In this document: in pieces, positions 24,987 to 36,533 of the stretch
Layout: each line of letters begins with the position of its first letter
How positions within the stretch are numbered: the first letter of the stretch is position 1
Assembly (NCBI GenBank): GCA_040954595.2
Contig: CM082589.2
Coordinates: forward strand, 1,342,009 to 1,406,008
From: Balanoglossus misakiensis
Taxonomy: Eukaryota > Animalia > Hemichordata
Direction of reading: 5' to 3'
DNA: 64,000 bases
Translations under genes and position numbers: made by a program
Notes under the pieces: model-generated
What the model was told of the DNA's origin: nothing
Databases searched by the model: none
Seen by the model: only the letters and a program-made list of their open reading frames with translations

Positions 24987-25583
24987 GTGATTATCTTCAG
25001 TTATTCAGTGTCCAGGGCCAGGACGTGCAAGCCTGCCCTCTACAGTTATTCAGTGTCTCAGTCCAAGGAGAAGCCTGCCCTCATGTGGTCAACAACGTTA
25101 CAGAGATTACCCATGTATCATTTACCGTATTTACGACATACAGGTGAAGGTTCCCATGCGATAGCACCTTCTAATCTGTATCATCTGCCAAGACCAGCCA
25201 GAGGAATTCATGTACGTGCATTTCCTGAGTTTGGCGGTAATATCGCGCCGCCACCTCTCCCACCACCAACACCATCATTACCTCCGCTACATCCGCGCAG
25301 ACATGTCAAGCCGACGAGGCCCCGTAACCTTGACGACAGTGATTTAGAGTGGGACAATTATGATATTTGTGGTGATGGTTCAAAAACCAATTCTGTGCGC
25401 CATGATTCCGACGAAGATTCACAAAAATTATCGGATTCCGATCTAGAATGGGATGACTTTGATTTACGCAATAGTGGAGACGAATCCACGGATGGTGACA
25501 GAAGTTTAGCTCTGGATAATCTCTATCCATTGGTGGATATTCTTTCTTTATTTTATTGTTACCCCCTCCCTAGTTTCCCATAA
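24987..25583 (+). CDS. Proline-rich/acidic open frame with two LEWD motifs; possible 5' coding exon of the AKAP7-like gene
   Basis: Long open frame with PPPLPPPTP and twice DSDLEWD. Acceptor TTTCAG at about 24907. Weak phase-0 donor TTG|GTGGAT at 25532 is compatible with the next exon at 26375. Confidence 0.5.
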   Translation: MIIFSYSVSRARTCKPALYSYSVSQSKEKPALMWSTTLQRLPMYHLPYLRHTGEGSHAIAPSNLYHLPRPARGIHVRAFPEFGGNIAPPPLPPPTPSLPPLHPRRHVKPTRPRNLDDSDLEWDNYDICGDGSKTNSVRHDSDEDSQKLSDSDLEWDDFDLRNSGDESTDGDRSLALDNLYPLVDILSLFYCYPLPSFP

Positions 25584-26099
25584 AGCTTTGCTGCTGATCT
25601 CTACTGGTATCCATGGGGACACTTTGTCTTATTTGAAAATATTTACATACAAAAAGTTCCGACTTTTTGAGACACTTTTCGTTTGTTTGCTCATGTTCCC
25701 ATGGAGATAGATCAGTATAGCAAAGCTGTGTTGCATGTTACAATGTTACTACATTTGTAACTAATTCTAATGTGTCGAGTTACTATGTACTTCACTGTTT
25801 AATACAAATGCAAATTTAGTCGCATTTGTGGTTGAAGAGTGAGGTAACATTGTAATACAATGACTGTTGTTGATTACCCCTCAAGCCCTGCACCCTCCCC
25901 TCCCCGCACTGACAATGACGATGCCTAACTTATTAATATTCAACGTTTCTGTTTTCTTACATTGCCTGCATGCAGCTGTGGAATGCTTATACAAGGTAAA
26001 TAGAAATATCGCAAAACTTTTCAAACTTGTCTAAATCAAACACTGCTTAGTTTTAATATAGACATATTTCTTTGAAATGTTGAAAAATATTTATAAATT

Positions 26100-26340
26100 G
26101 ATACAGTGAATTCTGTAGCCTGTAGAATTTCTATTAAAGTTTATAGAGTTTCTATGGACATCTATTGATTTCTATGTAGTTGTTGAAACCTATAGAATGT
26201 CATAGATTTCTATAAAAATTCAATAAGCTTCAATAGAAATTTTATAGGCTATAAAATTTGTATGGATATTTAAAGAATTTATGTGGCCGTTATCTATTAA
26301 ATTCTATAGAAATGTCAAAATCTATAGAATGCTATTGAAT
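26100..26340. repeat. AT-rich degenerate repeat built of TCTAT/ATAGA/CTATAG units
   Basis: Many imperfect TTCTAT(AG)/ATAGAA words in both orientations over about 240 bp of probable intron. Confidence 0.5.
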
Positions 26341-26374
26341 GCCTCATGATGTTTTTTGACTCTGTGTATTTCAG

Positions 26375-29300
26375 ATAAGTTCAATTACAGGTCGACCTGG
26401 CAGACGAGGGACTGTACCATTGGGTGCAATACAAGTGAATAAACTTCCCAGGATATCTTGCACATTTGCTGGTTTGTCGCACGTACCAGACGAATTCTGC
26501 TACGAAATCAAATCAAGAAACTTTAATAAAGACTTGATGACCTTAACAAGCCAGGTGAATGGCTATGACAGTGATATCTGGGAGACTTTTGAGGAGTTCC
26601 CGACGACTAGACTTGGAAAAACTTTTAGCAATGAATCCCTGAACAGTGATATTTCCACCGTATCAACGCAAGAGAGCGGATATCGAAGCAGTAGTACAGC
26701 CAAATCCCGGGACACTCCGGATCTTCCAGCGGAGAGTACGGATACTTCTCTTGCCGATTCCTGCGAGGGTATGGTGGTTGCATACAGTGATCGCTTTCCA
26801 AACTATAATATCTATGAATTATCACCGCAATATTTGGACTCGCCTATGTCAGCGTCCTTGGCGGATTTAACTGATGCAACTTTATGTGAGTGTAACCGAA
26901 ACCCTAACACAGACTCTAGACTACAGACTAACATGGAAACTTTGCAGACAAGTGCTAATATGGAATCTTCGCAAACACAATCTAACGAACAGATGCAACC
27001 TCCTACTAAAAAACCACGTACCCTACAACCCTGTAGCGTGTGTAAGAAACAGAATGCATGGTGTGAGAAGAAAACCTCAACTTCACCTTCATTGCATGGG
27101 TTCTTTGAGGACAACTCTGTTGTTCACGTCGATGTGGCTACGTTAAGTGCATGTTACCATTACAAATCTGACTGTGCTATCGTCCCTACAGATGACATAT
27201 TAGGTGGAGATAGTCCCTATCATCAACCTAGCTATGGAAGTTATGCTTCAGATTTAAGTGGTCTGTTTGAAGGTAAGAATGATGGGGAAACAGACGGCTG
27301 GTGTGTCGTATAGTGGTGGTGTGCGTTTGTGTCACTGTGTGTACATGTACAATTATATGGTCATGATGTATGTATTTATAAGTTGTCAGGAACAGAACTT
27401 AAGTAAGAGAGAAAGTGAATGTGTGCGAGTACATGTATATGTGTGTCATGTAGCTGATGTAGAGCTGGTGTAGAATAGCAGCCTAAATTACCTTCTAACA
27501 AAGCTTCATACATATTCCTCTACCGTAATTGTGATGAGCTAACACAGCTGCTTAGACACAGGTAGTGTACACATACCAAAAAGTTATAACGCACAGGAGT
27601 GTGTGATCCTCTTTAGATTTCATTGTTTAGGACTTGCATATCTCAAAGTTAAATTTCTCATTTCTGATAGCATTCAAAGTTTGATATTTTGTGTCAATGC
27701 AGGGGGATGTCCATCACCATTTCTGCCAAGAGCTCTAAGACTGAACGCTGGAAAAACAAAACGCAGTTTGAAGAAAAGAAAGAGAAGAGGTGGAGAAGAT
27801 AAAATAGATGATGATCTCGCTGAGGAAGCTGAAGAAGACAAGAAACCAAAAAGACTTGCACCAAATTATTTTGTAGCCATCCAAGTTTCCAACCCAGCTG
27901 TAAGTTATGGGGATCAGTAAATTAACACCATACTTGAGGTTCATGATCAGTCAGAGATATGTATAATATTCCGTTTGAACAGTTGTGAATGAGTATGATA
28001 TTTGGAAAGTTTGAAGTAAAACTATTGTCAAATACTGACTAAATGTGAGTATGAAACTGTCCTTCCCAGATCCATGAGAGTTTGAAGAATGTGCAGTCAT
28101 CAGTAATGGAATCTGATGAGAAACTCAAAGATGCAATGATACCAATACCTACACTTCATCTGACGGTCATGGTCATGCATATTGCAAATGAAGAAGAACT
28201 TGAGAGGTAAGATAATACTCCAATTGTACATCTTGGAAATAACATGCTTCTTTTGACTTCTTAGATAGAAACCCGGTTTTTATAAAAGCCACAGTGATCA
28301 GAATGACCACCCCCTGTTAAATGGATATGTTCCTTTTCTCTTTCAGAGCGAAAGAAGCACTGCGAACATGTCATGCATTGTTAGCATCACAGTTTCAGGA
28401 TGAGGTTCTGGAAATTCCATTTAGTGGCCTTGGTCACTTCAACAACCAAGTTATGTTTGCCAGAATACAAGATGGCGACCATGTGAGTGTTCTCTATGAA
28501 ATTGCAGGTAAGAAGGTCTTCAAATAATTCATAAATATGCCATCTGTTCTGGTGAATACTCAACTGTATCTGTGGCGTAGTGTTACAGCTGCGGACTTTG
28601 TCTTGTCAGAAATATGATCCATCTGAATCAGCCAGTGATCTGTGCTGCGTAGCTGCAAAGATATCAAATACAGGATGACTAAGACAATTATGAGGCCCTT
28701 TGACCTCTGACAATGTAATTTTCAAAGTAAAGTTATCTGACGCTCTTGTACATCTACATGTAATGTATACAGTGAAACTTATACATACAGATTTATTCAG
28801 ATGATAATCATGTTGAGGTCAGCGTGGCAGTTACTATTTAGAGAATGAAATGGCTGATATCTGATTATGAAATTGCTGATGCTTGCAGTGCAGAAAAATA
28901 AGGACAGGGATTATAGAATGAGCTCATATTTCACCTTACTGCATGTAGGTTATGATGTAAATAAAATGAGTGCTGACTCTTGTCCAGTGTATCATGTTCC
29001 TGTACTAAAGGAAAAAGGAGCAGTATTTTTATATTATCAGTAACAGAACTGAAGTGAAATAAGAATAATTATAGTCTAAGTAAAATTATCATACTAGTGT
29101 GAAACATACGATAAGAGTGGGTATATTATTTTTCCTCAGATACTGTTGAGAAAGTCTATAACCAATACAATATTGTATCAACTGGAGAGAGAGGATTTAA
29201 ACCACATCTAACTGTGATGAAATTATCCCGAGCACCAAGTTTGCGAAGAAAAGGTGTTCGACGAATCAAGTCTGAATACTACCGTAACTTCAACGGGGAT

Positions 29301-29862
29301 TATTTTGGCAGTCAGGTGGTCAAAGGACTTCAGCTGTGTTCAATAAATAAACCAAAAATGGATGACGGATATTACTACAGAGCTGAAGAAGTACTTTTCA
29401 AAGCAGGTATGTAAATGAAAGAAATATAAAATTACTATAAATTGCTATGCAGAATGCTTAGAATTATGCGACAACTGTTGAGTTGTTATTTAGGTTTCAG
29501 ATGATATGGGAAATATTTAAGTGGACTTTGTTTGTTACTTTACAGGAATTGAGGCAGCTGAAAGGATTGAAACCGTTGCCATGACGAGACTCATGGTGGA
29601 CGAGATTGTTGATGATGCACTAAAAAGTGTGCATATCAATGAAGATGATGAAGCTAAAGTGAGCCAAGAAGTTGCCATGGATACAGAAGAGGAGAACAGC
29701 AGAAACAGTAAAGAGAACAGTAGTAATGAAACTGAAACTGTTGCCATAGTGAAAATGGAAACAAATGATGAAGAAAGCACTAGCAAGGCTGCAGTGAATG
29801 ACAGTGATTTGGAAAACACTCAGTGTCAGACAGAAACTGAGGATTGTCAGAAGAATGAATGA
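26375..29862 (+). CDS. AKAP7: A-kinase anchor protein 7-like (2H phosphoesterase domain plus RII-binding helix) with long N-terminal extension
   Basis: Exons 26375-27272, 27703-27899, 28070-28206, 28347-28507, 29140-29406, 29546-29862 join in frame. Motifs: PNYFVAIQVSNP, PTLHLTV (HxT 1), FKPHLTVMKLSR (HxT 2), amphipathic TRLMVDEIVDDALKSV, and a basic NLS (KKRKRR). Start codon unresolved. Confidence 0.85.
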
Positions 29863-32146
29863 ACATATTAAAAAGGAAACAAATTGAAAAATAAGAAAGG
29901 AAAATAAAAAATGGAAATAGGCCAACTGGAATAAAAAATATGGGCACTGGAAAAAGTTATGATGAAACTGGTGATATATGTAAGGCGAGGCAACTGATGA
30001 ATCATGAAATTAATCAGAGCATTCATGGCAGTTCTTGTGTTTCAATTTGATTAAATTTGAAGATAGTTTTCTTTTTCATGGAGGGAATTCGCAGAGAGAT
30101 GATTAATTCTCAATCTGTTATTTGAAGTGTGTTTTTTGTGACAGTTTGTACGGTATGTATCAACTGATCCGTCTGATCAGGAATTGTTTGCCATGCCAAA
30201 TGTTGATCTGTGAAGCAAAAAGAGATGAGAGATAAAGACTAAATTGCCAAATTGTTATTTAGCTGAAAACCTTTTCATTTCAGTACTGTCAAATCACTGC
30301 CACTAACCAAAATAGCCATAAACCACACAAGTATTTGTGGGACAAAGTGAAAGATTTTTGCATCTCTGGAAGAATGTAGCAAGGTTGCCAATTCTGATAG
30401 CAGTTTGAAGTTACATATAAATCTGCATATATGTAAATAATAAATTGACTAATATGAATCAGAGAAAGTGACTTGCTACGTTGGGGTTTTGTTAAAATAT
30501 TTGTGAATATTTGGAGACAAAACCCTGTATTGATGATGCTGCCTCAGATCTTGACAATGTATGGATCACATTTGGAGTCTGAAAACGTCTGAGAATAAAT
30601 CTAAATGTGCAGTGTATAGAATCTACGTACGTGCTGTAAACTTTTGATGTGTGAGCTTTTGTTTGATTTTGTGTTCAATGACAGTTTTTTCTATTTGTGT
30701 AATTTAAACAATGATCATTTATTACTACGGTAAGTTAAAATAGTTATTGTTATATTCAGTGTGACATTGTTTGACTGCGCACATAAACTTTGATCGTTTT
30801 TGTGTGTGGATACCATGACTGACTGACCAGTCAGAACATCCATGATGTATCAGTCTGTGAGAAAATAACTAACAATTCATTTGTTCAAATATTTGATTGC
30901 AGATTTTTTGTATCAGTGAGTCTTACAAGAAATTAACCAAATATGAAATTTTGTACCACCATTTCCATATCTAACAAGGAAATTATTACTGTATTTATTT
31001 TCCAGTTATTACCTCTATATTTCATGCAGATTTTCTAAAATACTAGTTTGACATATGGTATTTAGTGAAGAAACAGATTTCATACTTTCTTGTGGATATT
31101 GCATACGCATAGATTACAATTTTCTCTGTAGAAAGATTGTATATATAGAACAAAGCGTGAATATCAACGCCAAACTTTTACGACTGCAAATTTTGTATAA
31201 TTTGAGATTTCAATGAAATCCATTTAATAGAAAACATTGTTTGCATATATGCAAATTATGAAAGTGATGAGTCAATTGTTATTGACAAGTAAATTTGTGT
31301 TAATGTAAAAAACCAACAGGGAAATACACACGATGGTAAATACTATTCTAATCTGCAAATATGCAAATCTAGACAATTGCAAATGAACTAGTTTGTTACA
31401 TTTTTTGATATCAATGAGTTATTTTGTATAAAAGTACAGACTAGCTGACAGGAACAGCTCCTCAAAAGTACAAGTGTAGAAATAGTAATACCTTGTTCAT
31501 ATCTACAAAATATGTAAATTTAGAGATGCATGGTCAGCTGTGGATTTCAGGAGGTTCTGAGTGGTATTAACAGGTTTGTGGGAACATAGGTTGGCTGCAG
31601 TATCTTTTGTTACATGTTGATTGAAGAATGTGGAGAATCTCCATGCATCAGTGATTGACAACCCCAAAAGTGTCTATTCTGTATACTCAAACTGCTACTT
31701 ACTAAATGTGAAAATTTTGATCAGGTTGCACAGATTACTTTGAATGTACTCTTGTGAATATGAACAAGGTTATTTTTGTAGTCTAATTTCACACATTGAC
31801 ACTTTGTAAAGGGAATGTTTTTACTCAATAAACTTGCCACTAATCACTCCATGGTTTGTCTGTCTTTTAATGGAAATTTTCACTCAAAATTGTGTCCTCC
31901 AGGTGCTTTATTGCCCTTGCGTGCCAGAGACATATTTTAAAGCTTAAATTATCTTAAATTTTATTGAAAAATCCTCGACAATGAATACTTCAAGAGTAAC
32001 AGAGGCCGTGATTGGTTAAACGCATGCTGACATTTCTCGCCTTACTTAGGGGGTACGGAAATTCCCGTCAATCCATATTTTATCTCTAGTTAGGGGTTCT
32101 TGTCGATATACTTTTCTGCAGAGAGAGTGGAACAGGACGATCTAGG

Positions 32147-33786
32147 ATGGCAGAGTCGGGCTCTTTTATGACTGATGAAGAAAAAGATGAGTTTGAAAAG
32201 AAACAGAAAGAACATGACAAACTCATAGACAAGTGTGTTTTCTGTAATATCGCTTACAGAAATGACGCCAGGGCAGACATTTTGTACAAGGTAAATTTCG
32301 TATTCCTTTACTTCCGGGTTCTGTGTATGCGTTCTATCTCCATCAATAATGCACGAAGTTAGTGTTAAAATTTGCATCAGTCATGGAAAAATAAGAGTTA
32401 TAGACATTTTTGTTTCTGCATTTAAGTGATCCGATAGTTGGAGCTAATATTCACACTTATGTAAAAGGTCATCTTGTCATTGCCAGGACTTTACTCCGTT
32501 TTGTGGATGAGCTGAAATTTACACTACTGATGGTGGTTGATTTGATGATGTCATCGTTATAGTGTTTCCTGTCTGCGTGTCGTATTTATAAGTTTTTAGG
32601 AAGTGATACTTGTGCAGTCATGCATATTTTTATGTTTCAGAGTAGGACCATTGTCAGATAATCTATGCACGTCAAACTCTCAACTTTCCATGGTAACTGT
32701 GGCAAATTTGCATACTATATACCTTTGATAGTTCATACTATGTCTTGATTTCAGGATAGCACTTATGTCGTGTTTCGTGACATCAGGCCGGCAACAAAGG
32801 AGCACTATCTTGTGATACCAAAGCAACACATCAAAAGTACCAAAGAATTGAGTTATGATGATATACCTATGAGTAAGTAGGACATAACATACAGTAGTGT
32901 ATATGTGTTTGGTAACAGGCGGGCAAGAGGAACTAACAGCTGATCAAGGCACATAAAATACACCCTTTTCATAAGTCTAGCGCCTTCATACAGCCAACAT
33001 GAATTTGAACTCAAAGTGAGGGCAACGGGGAAACTTCATGCACCTAATTGGCAATCATATGTGTAATTTCCATTACAGTTCAAAATATGATTGATGTTGG
33101 CAAGATTTGTCTTGAGAAAAATGAAGCTGATGTGAATGATGTTAGGTAAGTTCACGATATTGACACAGATTTACATTCTGAGTCTTCAAAAATTTCCTTT
33201 TGACCCGTGTGTATAACATATAATGTGAATGCTGGTTGATCACAGGCATAGTATTCTAGTGTATCAGTGCAATTTCAGAATCAGCGTCTTTTCTCTCATT
33301 CCAGGTATGGTTTTCATCTGTCGCCTCTGGTTAGTGTGGATCACTTACATCTACATGTACTCTGCCCTGCAAGTAAAATTGGTTTCTTCGGAAGACTGAT
33401 TTTCAGGCCGGACTCATACTGGTTTCTCACAGTAAGTGCTTGTTGTCATCGTGATTCGTAGTCAGTTGAATTTTGTAGGCCATTAGACCAGTCACAGATC
33501 AATGCAGACATTATGGAAGTTCAATGACTTCATTTTCTTCGATATTGCCCAGGTTGAAACACTGTTGAAGAATCTCAGTGAAAAACCCAGTAAATTCTGG
33601 AACGAGGACAAACACAGTGGTGATTGGTACAAACGAAGATTGAATGATGCTCCACAAAACAAGGAGGACAAACCACAGAATGCAAAACCCGATCAATCTG
33701 CATCATCGACAGACAAAAAAGTAGATCACCCGGTGAAATCTAAAAATGCCCCGACAAGAGACAAGAAAATTGGCTCAGCAGTTTGA
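32147..33786 (+). CDS. HINT3: Histidine triad nucleotide-binding protein 3
   Basis: Exons 32147-32290, 32755-32872, 33079-33145, 33305-33431, 33553-33786. Motifs: CVFCNIA, FRDIRPATKEHYLVIPKQHI, GFHLSPLVSVDHLHLHVLCP, FRPDSYWF. Confidence 0.92.
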
Positions 33787-36533
33787 TTGTGTCATAAAAG
33801 TTAATTATTATTTTTTGAAGACTTTTAACAGTGTTTGTTGAGACATGCAAACATTTGAATGATGGGGGGGGGGGGGTGTACTGTGTATACTGCCCTCAGG
33901 TGTCAGCATCACGTACACAATACTGCCCTCTATCAACGTTGACTTTAGTACAGTGCCAAATTTTGTGTGTGATTCAAGTCACCTGTTTCAGAATTAACCA
34001 TTGCATTAGAGACTTTCAGTGCATGTAAACCAGAAAATTCAAAGTTAACAACACTATTAGTAAATACCAAGTATTTTAAGGAAAATGTTAAATTTTTAAG
34101 ATTTATTGTACATTCTGTAAATGAGTATATGGGACTGATAACATTTTTGGACAAGAGAAAGCTTATACTGTTTATGATGGATGTTTGATTTTATTCTTTA
34201 TTTTTTGGGATTCGGGAATGTTTAATTAAAGTTGTGTGATATGTATGTGACAATATACTTTTATTCATAAATTTCTATGCCGAATAAAAGTTTATAGGAC
34301 AGAAAACACAAATTGTAATGTTGTGTACTTCTGTTGTTGGCCATTTGAGTGTATAGGTTTTATCTCAACTGCCGAGCCCTCACGAGATCTCACAGCGTCT
34401 TGTGGAGTTTGTAAAATGGTCTATTTCGGTCTACAACATCGCTTTGGTGAAAAACAAAATCCTTCGAGCAAGAATGGTAGAATACGTATCAGGGGTATTT
34501 TGTTGCAAAGTCTCTGTCGTCACATTTCCCTCTCTTTCACAGATTTTGTTAGGGTTGGAATCAAATAACAGCTTCTTGTGCCAAGAGTTCCTTCGAGTGT
34601 CAGATATGCATTTCATTGTGAGAACACTATCGACACAGACTCTTGTGTGCCATGCTAAAATTGTGTGTGTAGTGTTTTCACCGTGTACAGGTCTCTTACG
34701 TGTGTACGTTCTTGTTATAACGACAGAAAACTGCAAAACTTTCATTGCAATTCCTTCAAAAGGGTTTTGTGTTTTTAAAACCGAAACTAGAGATCACATT
34801 CAGCACAGTCTCTCCAGAAAAACCGACTTTCTTGAGGAACTGTGCTTTCAGCTGAGCGTGGTCAACGAAGCATGTTTTTGGTGAAGAGTAATACGTATCG
34901 ATGTCTCTCCGACCACCTTTGTGCAACAGGTAACTGATGCTTGTCACCATGGTAACTATTGTCAACAATGACGGTGCGTGACGTAGACTTGCCAGACTTC
35001 GAGCACCTGGTATTTCCAGAGTCGCCATCACTGTCTGAAGAAGGACAACTACCTTCCATGTTCTTGTGGATCGGAAAGAAACGCAGTGCAAATAATAGGG
35101 GACCAGGAAAATTACATATCACGCTACCAGAGGTAAGACTTAGGGGTTATTACTGTGTACAGGAATACTGAAAATGTCGCATGGTGCGCGTTTAATTCAC
35201 AAGGAATATTGGCGTTTTCACGCATTGCCTCGGGTGGTTACGTAATTGACGCTTCTTTTCGTTCTGATCCCGTCATGGCTGCGCTAGGCATTTGAATATC
35301 GAATATACGAAAGAGATGTGTTTTTCCTCAGTTGGACAACGATTTCGTTAGGTTTCAAATCGTATATGACCAAGAAAGTGTCATTTTTGAGGCGGACAGA
35401 CGACGGTAAGCGGAAACAATGGTTAGCTCGTCATCACTTTGATCCCATGGAATATCGATTTTTCTGCACAGATTATGACAGGGCGGAAATTGGGAACAAA
35501 AGGTGAAGGTAATCAATTCTCGTGAAGGTGGAATAGGGAATTGTTCGTCCTGGCCGTTTAGTAGAGATATTCCAAGCTCTCAATCTTAAAATAGGGTTAT
35601 AAAGCGACTTTATGTTGTGTTGAGATCATTTTTTTCCAAATCATCTCCAACGCCTTATACAATATTTTATACGCACGTGTCGCTCATTCTCGCCGTATTT
35701 TATACAATCCCATGTTTCCCGAAATGTTAGATCTAAAGTCAAACTCGACCCCCAACTATTAATTCAAGTTAGCCAACGAGTTTGTATTGTGTGGAGAGTC
35801 CGTACGGCAGTTAGACATCATCATCATCATCATCATTGTCAATCATTTCGATATCACGTTTGTATCGATAGCTCTAGAGGGCAGTAGAGTATGACAACGC
35901 CTTGTGACAGACATTTGATTAAAACAGCAAAGATTAATCGAATAGTGATAGTAAAAACCAAACTATTTTAAATTTGAACATCCGAATTTAGCATATGGTT
36001 CATAACAAAATTAAACACTGATTATGATAAATAATAATCACATTTCTTTTTAGTGGATTCGTCATTACAGCTGTCTCGGTAATAGATTCGCATTTTATTG
36101 TTTTAATGCAGCGAAACAAAATACAATGTAATTAACAGGTAGAATATTGCGCGACCCTGCGGGTGACGTCACAGGGTTAATTTAAATACAGCCCAGTGCC
36201 CACCACTGCTGGTCGTGAGGGACACAGATGGTACAACTGCATCCGATTTGGTCTCTCCGATTCGCGTTGACTTTTACATTGTCATCTTAAACGAGAAAAA
36301 TTATCCAAACTTACTAATGAAAACAGTGGATAGATAACACATCGCAAGTATGTCTGATGCCAAAAGCGAAAAGGGCAAGGAACGAGAGCCCATACTTAAA
36401 CATGATGAGCTTGCAAAGGACTACGGACACAAATCCGACAAGAAAAAGGTTAGTTTATTGAAAATTTAAAATTTCATAATTCTTGTTTTCGTTGCAGGTG
36501 TTTAAAATGATAAACGATTAAATATTTTTTGCA

